From: an uncultured Planctomycetaceae bacterium
GTDB lineage: Bacteria; Planctomycetota; Planctomycetia; Isosphaerales; Isosphaeraceae
Length of the DNA: 64,000 nt
Direction: 5' to 3'
NCBI GenBank assembly: GCA_963833985.1
Contig: CAWIAD010000002.1
Coordinates: 2,400,001 to 2,464,000, forward strand
Shown piece by piece: positions 23,379-30,916 of the stretch. Numbering within the stretch: position 1 is the stretch's first letter; each line of letters starts with the position of its first letter. A model generated the notes under the pieces. The model made no database searches, had not been told where the DNA came from, and was given only the letters and a program-made list of their open reading frames with translations. Both the position numbers and the translations under genes were made by a program.

Positions 23379-23719
23379 TCAATCGAGCAGGTGCGGAGTG
23401 AGCGGTTTCTTTCCGGCATCTCTGTAGTGCCTGATAGCCGCGGAAGCCAGATTGCTGCCAGCATCAGGAGCAGCGGTGCTGTCGCAAGGCCCAGGAGCAA
23501 GAGGGTCGCCGGGACGATCTCCGACCAGGGCATGTGCCGTCCCCAGGCGATGAGCGACGGCAGACCCAGCGCGAACCAGCCGGCCGCCCAGCAAACGGCC
23601 ATGACCAGTAGCACATCGCGCGGCGACACGCGGCGCCCCGACTGCCGTCGCTGCCGTCCGAAGCGGGCTGAGCACACGCAAACGGAAAGGATGAGGATGA
23701 TCCATGCCGGCTGGTCCAT
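23379..23719 (-). CDS. Possible small membrane protein; 3' end unresolved
   Basis: MDQPAWIILILSV... has three hydrophobic stretches, but the frame runs on antisense through nfi, so the true end is uncertain. Confidence 0.35.
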
Positions 23720-23767
23720 CTTCAAGACCTTTCTCCGCAAAACCTCGTTTGGCGTGTGAATGGACGT

Positions 23768-24997
23768 TCAAATGATCTCTTCCGTGGCGGGGTCCCACCG
23801 CACGGTGGTGCCTCGGCGATACGAGGCGACGGCCATCTGGCAGGTGACCGCGGTGCGGAAGCCAAGCTCGAAGGGGCAGACCGTTTCGCTCCGGCTGCGC
23901 ACGCATTCGAAGAAGTTGCGCATGTGCTGATCGGTATATTCTCGGTATCCGCGGCTTTCGGATGCATCGCCGGCAATGCCTCTGGACCCTTGAGGTACCA
24001 CGCGGACGTGGTCGGTCGGCGTGTGCACAAGCGTTGCCCTGGTGCCGTAGAGATAGTCGTGGCCTTCCCCGTGGTAGTCGTTTCCAAAGGTGGAAGTGAA
24101 GGTGAAGAGAAGCTTCTGATCGTGGTTCATGGCCACCTGGAAGGTATCGGGCACCTGCATCCGCGGGGACAGAAAGTTGGCTCCGGTCATGGTGACCGCC
24201 TGCGGGATGGAGAGCCCCAGGGCGCCGAACCAGAAGCCCAGCGTGTGCACCATGTTCTCGGTGACGTTGCCACCGGAGTAATCCCAGTAGAACCGCCAGT
24301 TGATGTACCGCTGGGGATCAAATGGCAGATGTTTCGTCTCGCCCTGGAATGCCATCCAGTCGACGTGCTCGGGGTCGCAGTCGGCGGGAACGTCGCGCAG
24401 CCAGCCGCCGTGGGGAGAGTTGCGGAAGTGGTGCGTTTGCAGCAGCGTAGGCGACCCGAGCTCACCCGTGCGCGCCAGCTCGCGGACCTTGCCGATCCCT
24501 TCCCCGCTGTTCATCTGCATGCCAATCTGCACGACGCGTCCGGAGCCGTCGAACGCATTCTTCATCCGCCGGGCATGCGCCGGGTTGAAAGCCATGGTCT
24601 TTTCCTGGTAGACGTCCTTGCCTGCCTGGATCGCGGCGACAAAGTGGAGCGCGTGCAGGTGCTGGGGGGTGGCGATCAGCACGGCGTCGATCGACCGGTC
24701 ATCCAGCAGCGCCCGAAAATCCTTGAACGTGGCGACACCGGGGGCAATCTTGCGGGCCTCGCCGTGCCTCCGCGTGTAGATGTCCGCGACGGCGACCGCC
24801 TCGACGTTGGGGGCGCGCAGAGCGGCCTGAAAGATCTCCTTGCCGCGCGCACCGCAGCCGATCAGGCCGAAGCGCACGCGGTCGTTGGCGCCCAGGACTC
24901 TGCCTGCCGGGGCAGAAGAAGCCCCCGCCGTCCCCGAGGATGCGGCTGCCGCGGCACCCCCGATCACGGTTCCCAGGAAAGCTCGTCGATGGGACAT
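23768..24997 (-). CDS. Gfo/Idh/MocA oxidoreductase with Tat signal
   Basis: HRRAFLG twin-arginine motif, GLIGCGARG, IATPQHLH, DVYQEKTM, NWRFYWDYSGG. Confidence 0.92.
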   Translation of the reverse strand: MSHRRAFLGTVIGGAAAAASSGTAGASSAPAGRVLGANDRVRFGLIGCGARGKEIFQAALRAPNVEAVAVADIYTRRHGEARKIAPGVATFKDFRALLDDRSIDAVLIATPQHLHALHFVAAIQAGKDVYQEKTMAFNPAHARRMKNAFDGSGRVVQIGMQMNSGEGIGKVRELARTGELGSPTLLQTHHFRNSPHGGWLRDVPADCDPEHVDWMAFQGETKHLPFDPQRYINWRFYWDYSGGNVTENMVHTLGFWFGALGLSIPQAVTMTGANFLSPRMQVPDTFQVAMNHDQKLLFTFTSTFGNDYHGEGHDYLYGTRATLVHTPTDHVRVVPQGSRGIAGDASESRGYREYTDQHMRNFFECVRSRSETVCPFELGFRTAVTCQMAVASYRRGTTVRWDPATEEII

Positions 24998-25164
24998 GTT
25001 CGGTTCTCCGGGGAAAGTGAGCCCGGACGACGGTCGCGTCCGGACGTGATGGACCGTTGACGTCCGGAACTGATGCTGGCTGCGCCGTGAGATTCCGTCA
25101 AGTGCCGCCTCGAATAGCCAGGGAGCGCCAGGATGAACGGGTGACGAACGTCCGGAAGCGTAGC

Positions 25165-25418
25165 CGCTTGCGAGATTCCTCGCGGTTTGCTCTCCTTATG
25201 CCGGCGCGGTCTTATCACTTCACCTCAGGTGCCCCATGCGCTTGCTCTTCTCGTCGGTTCACTGTGACCTGGACCCCTCCGGCGGCGCGGCGCTGTGCAC
25301 GCGCGAGATGCTCGAGCCGCTGGCGGCGCGGGGGATGGACTGCCGGGCGCTCACGATGGGGATCATGGACCCCGAGCGCGAAACATCGCTCGACGAGTTC
25401 AGGGCTGCGACATTCTGA
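25165..25418 (+). pseudogene. Copy 2 of a leader plus 5' fragment of a GT4-like glycosyltransferase
   Basis: ORF 25236..25418 (MRLLFSSVHCDLDPSGGAALCTREMLEPLAARGMDCRALTMG) resembles a GT-B N-terminus and stops where a REP begins. Confidence 0.65.
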
Positions 25419-25419
25419 C

Positions 25420-25630
25420 GGTGCGTCGTCGCTGCGCTCGACTCACCCTCCGATTGGGCCTTCCGGGCCCGGCCGGCCCGGCGATCCTCGACCCTGGCCG
25501 CGGAACGTCCGACATCTGTAGCGTGTGTCGAGCGTAGCGCCGACACACCGATTCACGGCCCCGGCATCCGCCGCAGGGCCCGGGAACATCCGACAATTGT
25601 AGGGTGTGTCCAGCGCAGCGACGACGCACC
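25420..25630. repeat. Three REPs of the same GTAG family as 22321
   Basis: Inverted copy 25420..25451; forward copies 25518..25549 and 25599..25630, each preceded by GGAAC(g/a)TCCGACA (81-bp period). Confidence 0.82.
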
Positions 25631-25821
25631 GATCCGGTGACAGCGGGGATGGACCACCAAGCTTTGCTGGGTCGGCGATGGTCAGAAAAAGCGGATCGGG
25701 CCACAGGATTCACTTGACCTACGCCGACGCCGGATTTACCTTCAGCGCTTGTCCCGACAACGCATCTCCTGATCTGAACTCTGTGACCCGTCCGCTCGCG
25801 GCTCTCCATTCAGTGATCACG

Positions 25822-26070
25822 ATGACCGACAACGACTTGAGCTCCGCCGGCGGCTACACGTTCACTTATGATAACGAGGGCAACACGATCGGCGAGCTCC
25901 AGCTCTCGTGGGGCGACGAATGGAGGTTCGGCCCCGACGACCGCAACAACAACCCCACAATGAGCGCGGTCGAGAAGAGCTCGGGAGGCACGAAGAGGGA
26001 GCGGGAGAACTCGAAGTTGGGTGCGCCGGGCCGCCCTTACGGCGCCGACGCCTGGAGCGCCAGGACCGCA
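25822..26070 (+). pseudogene. RHS/YD-repeat protein remnant
   Basis: GGYTFTYDNEGN...GDEWRFGPDDRNN...SAVEKSSGGT resembles decayed YD repeats; no RHS core end or toxin tip recognised. Confidence 0.6.
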
Positions 26071-26249
26071 GGCTGCCGGGCCTGGAATATGGCCTCCGAC
26101 CAAGGGGACGGCAGCCCTGAGCCAGGCATAAAACTCAACAGAAAGCATGATCACGGCGTCTATCCCAGATTGCTCAGCCGTCGTCGGAGAATAGCAATGC
26201 CCCTTCAGGCCTCGGCGAGTTGCGGGGCCAGAGAGTCTAGAGAGCGGCC

Positions 26250-26882
26250 ATGTTTGGAAGTCATAAGAATTTGTTCTTCGGGTGCATCTTCGCGGCCGGG
26301 CTCCTTGTGGCCAACAAAGTCTTCGAGGGACTGCTGAGGCAACTCTTTCGCAAGCCCGCTCTAGACGAGTCGACACAGAGGCAACTGCGTCATTTCGATG
26401 AATTCCAAAAGCACATAAACACACTTACGGTAGATAATGCGAGGGCGGCCGTCCTAGCTCTGCTACGAGATGGCAAGCTCTCCTGTGTTCCCAACGAGGG
26501 ACTTTCCCATCCGGAATGTAACTGCCTGCCTGCCGCGGCGAGGCAACTGCTCAGCGCCTATCATTGTATTGATTCCAAGGACATGTGCTGGCGCGTAGCG
26601 TTGGGTCAAGGCCATTGCCGTGACCGTGTAGAAAGCCACACCGTGGTCTTATCGGACGAATACGGGGGAACATTTGTCGTCGGTCCCTTCTCCGACGAGG
26701 TCTTCGAGGTGATCGGTACCGATCGAGACACACGCCTAGAACCTTTTGCCCGAAGTATATTTCATTGCGTGCTTATCATGTACAGCGATGAGCAGGACGA
26801 GCTCACCGATGGGCGTATGACCGGGCTGGTACCAGATAACGAGGAGGTCGAGGGGGACATAAGGAGGTCGAGGGGGACATAG
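26250..26882 (+). CDS. Hypothetical protein, possible SUKH/SMI1-like immunity protein
   Basis: Visibly more AT-rich than flanking core genes; LPAAARQLLSAY and terminal FARSIFHCVL echo SUKH-fold motifs; follows the RHS remnant. Confidence 0.5.
   Translation: MFGSHKNLFFGCIFAAGLLVANKVFEGLLRQLFRKPALDESTQRQLRHFDEFQKHINTLTVDNARAAVLALLRDGKLSCVPNEGLSHPECNCLPAAARQLLSAYHCIDSKDMCWRVALGQGHCRDRVESHTVVLSDEYGGTFVVGPFSDEVFEVIGTDRDTRLEPFARSIFHCVLIMYSDEQDELTDGRMTGLVPDNEEVEGDIRRSRGT
26843..26881 (+). repeat. 19-bp direct repeat x2
   Basis: GGAGGTCGAGGGGGACATA at 26843 and 26863, overlapping the end of the upstream ORF. Confidence 0.85.
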
Positions 26883-26964
26883 TGAATTGCGACGGTAGGA
26901 TGGACAGGATGGGGCGTCGTGCTTCGTTAATCGATGATTCGCGGGTTGGCTGTCAGGTTCGAGG

Positions 26965-27215
26965 AAGAAATTGGTGTCAGGAGAAATTGGTGTCAGAGGA
27001 GAAATTGGTGTCAGGAGTAATTGGAGTCAGTTCATTTTTCTTAGAGTAATTGGTGTCAGTTCATTTTTCTTAGGGAGTAATTGGTGTCAGTTCATTTTTC
27101 TTAGGAGAAATTGGTGTCAGAGGAGAAATTGGCGAGAAATTGGTGTCAGTTCATTTTTCTTAGGAGAAATTGGTGTCGAGAAATTGGGAGAAATTGGTGT
27201 CAGTTCATTTTTCTT
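26965..27215 (+). repeat. Left array: 12 head-to-tail units with a common 5' end and variable 3' truncation
   Basis: Units start at 26965, 26981, 26999, 27015, 27044, 27075, 27105, 27123, 27134, 27164, 27178, 27188; full unit GAG(A/T)AATTGGTGTCAGTTCATTTTTCTTAG; lengths 10-31 bp. Confidence 0.95.
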
Positions 27216-27243
27216 GACGCAAGCCCGCATCTCGCCGTAACGT
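27214..27243 (+). promoter_or_regulatory. Putative sigma70 promoter giving a leaderless transposase mRNA
   Basis: TTGACG (27214) - 18 bp - TAACGT (27238); ATG 27251 lies 7 nt after the -10 with no Shine-Dalgarno; the -35 starts in the innermost repeat unit. Confidence 0.55.
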
Positions 27244-27250
27244 GGGCATC

Positions 27251-27973
27251 ATGGGACGTCTTCCTCGCGCCACCGACGACGGTCTGGTCTACCACGCGAT
27301 GAACCGCGGGAACAACCGCGCCGAGGTCTTCGTCGGCGATGGCGATCATGAGGCCTTCTTCGAGTCGCTCCGGGCTGCGAAGGACCGTTATCCCTTCGCA
27401 CTATTCGGTTATTGCCTGATGAGCAACCACTTCCACCTCCTGCTCAAGCCGAGCCCAGGGCAGTCGATCAGCCGGAACCTCCAGTCGCTCAGCGTGGCCC
27501 ACACGTGGCGATACCACAAGCGGCACCGCACCTCGGGGCACGTGTGGCAGGGCCGCTCCAAGAGCCCGGTGATCCAGGACGATGACCACCTGCTGGTCGT
27601 GCTACAGTACATCGAGGCCAACCCTGTCCGCGCCGGTATGGTCGCCGACCCGAGGGCCTACCGGTGGTCGAGCTATGGCCAGCACGGGCTGGGACTGATT
27701 GACACACTTTTGGACGGTTTCCCCGAGTGGGAGCATCTCGGCCCGTCCGAGGTGGAGCGTAGGCGGCGGTGGCGGGCAAAGTTGCGGTCGGCACAGAGGC
27801 CGGACGAACTGACGGCCGTACGTGAGTCGCTGCGGACCGGACGCCCGCTGGGCTCTCCCGCCTGGGTCGAGGGAGTCGCGACCCGATTGGGCATTGACCT
27901 GACCCCGCGCCCGCGGGGCCGGCCACGAAAGGAGCAATCGGCATCGGCCAGAAGTGCCCGAAAAATGAACTGA
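27251..27973 (+). CDS. Y1 (HUH) tyrosine transposase, RAYT/IS200-like superfamily
   Basis: YHAMNRGNNR..VF, YCLMSNHFHLL (HUH), VWQGR.KS, YIEANPVRAGMV (catalytic Tyr), YRWSSY, C-terminal PRGRPRK. Confidence 0.93.
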   Translation: MGRLPRATDDGLVYHAMNRGNNRAEVFVGDGDHEAFFESLRAAKDRYPFALFGYCLMSNHFHLLLKPSPGQSISRNLQSLSVAHTWRYHKRHRTSGHVWQGRSKSPVIQDDDHLLVVLQYIEANPVRAGMVADPRAYRWSSYGQHGLGLIDTLLDGFPEWEHLGPSEVERRRRWRAKLRSAQRPDELTAVRESLRTGRPLGSPAWVEGVATRLGIDLTPRPRGRPRKEQSASARSARKMN

Positions 27974-28420
27974 TACCGATTATCTCCGAAAAATGAACTG
28001 ACACCGATTATCTCGACACCGATTATCTCCCCCAGGGGAGCAATTCCCTGGGGCCACCAGGCCCGATTATCTCCGAAAAATGAACTGACACCGATTATCT
28101 CCGAAAAATGAACTGACACCGATTATCTCTGACACCGATTATCTCCGAAAAATGAACTGACACCGATTATCTCTGACACCGATTATCTTCCTGGGGCCAC
28201 CAGGCCCGATTATCTCCGAAAAATGAACTGACACCGATTATCTTCCCCCTGACACCGATTATCTCCGAAAAATGAACTGACACCGATTATCTCCCCTGAC
28301 ACCGATTATCTCCCGATTATCTCTGACACCGATTATCTTCCTGGGGCCACCAGGCCCGATTATCTCCGAAAAATGAACTGACACCGATTATCTTGAAAAA
28401 TGAACTGACACCGATTATCT
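27957..28420 (-). repeat. Right array: 19 units, inverted relative to the left array
   Basis: Every unit ends in CCGATTATCT on + (starts AGATAATCGG on -); full unit AGATAATCGGTGTCAGTTCATTTTTCGG; + strand unit ends at 27985, 28013, 28028, 28072, 28100, 28128, 28144, 28172, 28188, 28215, 28243, 28264, 28292, 28311, 28322, 28338, 28365, 28393, 28420. Confidence 0.95.
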
Positions 28421-28468
28421 TCCCGGTGTAATTTGCCGGGGAAGATGACATGCGTGCAACCGCCACGC

Positions 28469-28497
28469 TTGGCAATACCGCCCGGTTATGGTATGCT
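28469..28497 (+). promoter_or_regulatory. Putative sigma70 promoter of the TA operon
   Basis: TTGGCA - 17 bp - TATGCT with an extended -10 TG, 24 nt before ATG 28522. Confidence 0.55.
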
Positions 28498-28521
28498 GGA
28501 AATTGAAGGGGAATCATTTAA

Positions 28522-28803
28522 ATGACCATACATTTACCCAACGATCTGGAAAGCCGCCTCCAAGCGGTCGTCCAAAACGGCCGGTTCGCCTCCGTCGATG
28601 ACGCGATGGCCGAGGCCGCACGTCTCTTGCTCCGCGAGATCGACCAACGGCAGCAAGCACAGCCGCACGCCGAGGGGATTGATCCCGGACCCGACCCGTT
28701 CCTTGGCTCCATGCGGGATGCCGCCGACGAGCTAGACCAGATCGTTGCCGACGCCTACCGCAGACGGCGGGAAGACACATGGCGGGATGTCGCCGTTGAG
28801 TAA
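28522..28803 (+). CDS. Putative antitoxin, ribbon-helix-helix/ParD-like N-terminus
   Basis: MTIHLPNDLESRLQAVVQNGRFASVDDAMAEAARLL; small; overlaps the toxin start. Confidence 0.75.
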   Translation: MTIHLPNDLESRLQAVVQNGRFASVDDAMAEAARLLLREIDQRQQAQPHAEGIDPGPDPFLGSMRDAADELDQIVADAYRRRREDTWRDVAVE

Positions 28804-29212
28804 GGCCCTGCTCGATACCGACACCCTTTCCGAGATAAGCAAGGGCGTTAACCTCACCGTCGCCGCCAACGCCACCGCCTACCGCCGGGCCTTTGGACGC
28901 TACACGACCTCGACCGTCAGCGTCATGGAGATCGTGCGGGGATTCCAGCAAAACCAGAGCACTCGCCGCTTACAAGCCTTCGTGGCGTCGCTCGCCACGC
29001 TGGAAATCCTGCCCTTCGACCTCCCCGCCGCCGAACTGGCCGGGCGGATTGCTGGCGATTTGGAACGTGTCGGACGGCCCATCGGCGTGGCCGACCCGAT
29101 GATTGCGGCCATCGCCATGACCAACGGCTTGGAGTTGGTCACGGGAAACACCGCCCATTTCCAACGCATCCAGCAGCTCGGCTATCCGCTCACGCTGGTC
29201 AACTGGCGTTAA
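28796..29212 (+). CDS. vapC: PIN-domain toxin (VapC family)
   Basis: LLDTDTLS, SVMEIVRG, IGVADPMIAAIA, LVTGNTAHF; TTG start overlapping the antitoxin stop (alternative ATG 28787). Confidence 0.9.
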   Translation: MSKALLDTDTLSEISKGVNLTVAANATAYRRAFGRYTTSTVSVMEIVRGFQQNQSTRRLQAFVASLATLEILPFDLPAAELAGRIAGDLERVGRPIGVADPMIAAIAMTNGLELVTGNTAHFQRIQQLGYPLTLVNWR

Positions 29213-29219
29213 GCGTCCG

Positions 29220-29583
29220 CGCCCTGCTCTCCCGCTGCCACCAGATGCTCGAGGACATCCCCTCGGCCCTGAGCGCCTGCGCCGCGGGGTTGCGGCTCGA
29301 CGCCGACGATGCCGAGCTTCACTTCCGCAAGGCGATCCTCCATCGCAAGGCGGCCCAGCCCGCCGAGGCCGAAGCGTGCTGGCGGCGCATCCTGACGCTA
29401 AAGCGTGCGGAGCAGTTTTGCAGTGTGGATCAGGGCATCTACGGCCAGCTGACGCTGCGCAACCTGGCCGTGCTGGCCGAAGAGCGCGGCGACTACGCGG
29501 AAGCCCAGCGCCTGTGGGCCCAGTTCCTCGCCGAGCGCCCGGGTGATGCCCAGGCCGCATCGCGCCTTCAAGCATCCTGTTAG
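29220..29583 (+). pseudogene. C-terminal TPR fragment, probably from a TPR-glycosyltransferase
   Basis: TPR-like helices (DDAELHFRKAILHR..AEAEACWRRIL; RNLAVLAEERGDYAEA); coding-like sequence continues upstream of the Met up to the vapC stop with no RBS. Confidence 0.55.
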
Positions 29584-29799
29584 CTCGGTGCACCTGCCGC
29601 TCGCCACGTACGGACGGGCGTTCCGCGCAGTGGAGTACCGTCAAGCCCTGCGGCTGGTATCCACCGCACTGACAACCAGACTGCTGCCGCGCTGCACTGT
29701 TATCTTGGTTCCCGGGCCCGAAGGCGATAGACTGAATGGAACTGACAAACGGCGTCACCGCTTGCCACCGTTGCTTTCCAGAAAGAAAGGCCAAGTGCC

Positions 29800-30814
29800 A
29801 TGGGTATTCCCGCTCGGAGCCGCGTCGCGATCGCGTGCCAGGGAGGTGGCAGTCACACGGCTTTTTCCGCAGGCGTTCTCGAGGGCCTGTTGAGCCAGCT
29901 TCCCGAAGATGTGGAGGTGGTGGCACTCTCGGGCACGTCCGGCGGCGCCATGTGCGCGGCGCTTGCCTGGGACGGCCTGGTGCGCGGCGATGCCAGGCTG
30001 GCCGGCCAGAAGCTGAGACGATTCTGGGAGGCCATCTCGGCCCGCAAGCCGTGGGACAAGATCCTGAACCAGACGCTGCTGAACATCGTCAACCTGCGCA
30101 ACCACATGGTCCTGCCCGAGGTCAGCCCCTACCACATGCCGACCTGGGGCGAGGACCTGTTTCGTGAGATCCTCAACCAGCATTTTGATTTCGAGGAGTT
30201 GCGAAAGCTGGCGCGTCGGCCGGGAGCCCCGGCGCTGCTGATCGGTGCGGTTGAGGTGCTCACCGGCCATTTCGAGGTCTTCACCGGCCCCGAGCTCCAG
30301 GTGGAGTGCCTGCTGGCGTCGGCCGCCATCCCCGAGCTCTTCCGGGCGGTCACGGTGCCCGGGCGAGGCGTCTTCTGGGACGGCCTGTTCTCGCAGAACC
30401 CGCCGATTCACGATATGACAGACTTCAATATCAATGAGCTCTGGGTGATCCAGATCAACCCCAGTACCTGCGCGGGTGCCGACGGAGACGCACGAGATCA
30501 TCGACCGCCGCAACGAGCTGGCCGGCAACCTGTCGATGGAGCAGGAGCTGAACCTGATCGAGATCATCAACCGCTTGCTGGCCTCAGGCAAGCTGAACGA
30601 CCCGAAGTACCATCCGATCCATGTGGCGCGGATCCCGCTGGACCGGGACCTCGGCTACACCTCGAAGCTGGATCGCTGGCCGTCCTTCCTGGACGAGCTC
30701 ATGGACTACGGCAAGTCGAAGGCCCGCTGGTTCCTCAAGGAGCGGGAGGGTCGAAAACACACGCTGAATGCCCTGGGTGTTTTTTCCGCCGCCGGCGTGG
30801 CCCCGGCCTTCTAA
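29800..30814 (+). CDS. Patatin-like phospholipase/esterase, apparent indel near 30472
   Basis: ACQGGGSHTAF oxyanion motif, GTSGG nucleophile, WDGLFSQNPP; C-terminus continues in frame 30476..30814. Confidence 0.88.
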
Positions 30815-30844
30815 ATAGCTCCGCGTAATAGGGAAAGTGTGGAA

Positions 30845-30894
30845 GGAACGGCCGCCCTCGGCCGTCCTGAGCCAGCCGAGGGCGGCTGGCCCAC
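30845..30894. repeat. REP-like doublet between convergent genes
   Basis: ACGGCCGCCCTCGGCCGT followed by inverted CAGCCGAGGGCGGCTGGCCCAC (reverse complement begins GTGG). Confidence 0.65.
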
Positions 30895-30916
30895 ATTCCA
30901 AGAGGCGAGGATCTAT

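Larger units (their letters stand above)
26965..28420 (+). mobile_element. Y1-nuclease element with inverted, arrayed ends
   Basis: Single HUH gene between two arrays sharing the 18-bp core GGTGTCAGTTCATTTTTC in opposite orientation; no target-site duplication seen. Confidence 0.75.

Noticed and set aside
22331..23740. 469-aa minus-strand ORF
   Set aside because: Most of it is antisense to nfi and a REP doublet; only the first ~110 codons look like a possible gene.
21544..25312. Diversity-generating retroelement TR/VR pair
   Set aside because: Mismatches are not adenine-specific, the repeat covers a gene start rather than a C-terminus, and no reverse transcriptase is present.
26971..27302. 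Short ORFs across the arrays (EIGVSSFF and NWCQFIFL repeats; also 27673..28119, 28317..28517)
   Set aside because: Translations of the DNA repeats; unit lengths are not multiples of three.
27251..27973. Canonical IS200/IS605 element with TnpB
   Set aside because: The protein is longer than typical TnpA, has RAYT-like motifs, has no tnpB, and I see no single subterminal hairpin ends.
26965..28420. CRISPR array
   Set aside because: No regular repeat-spacer period, no unique spacers, units are truncated copies of each other, and no cas genes are in the window.
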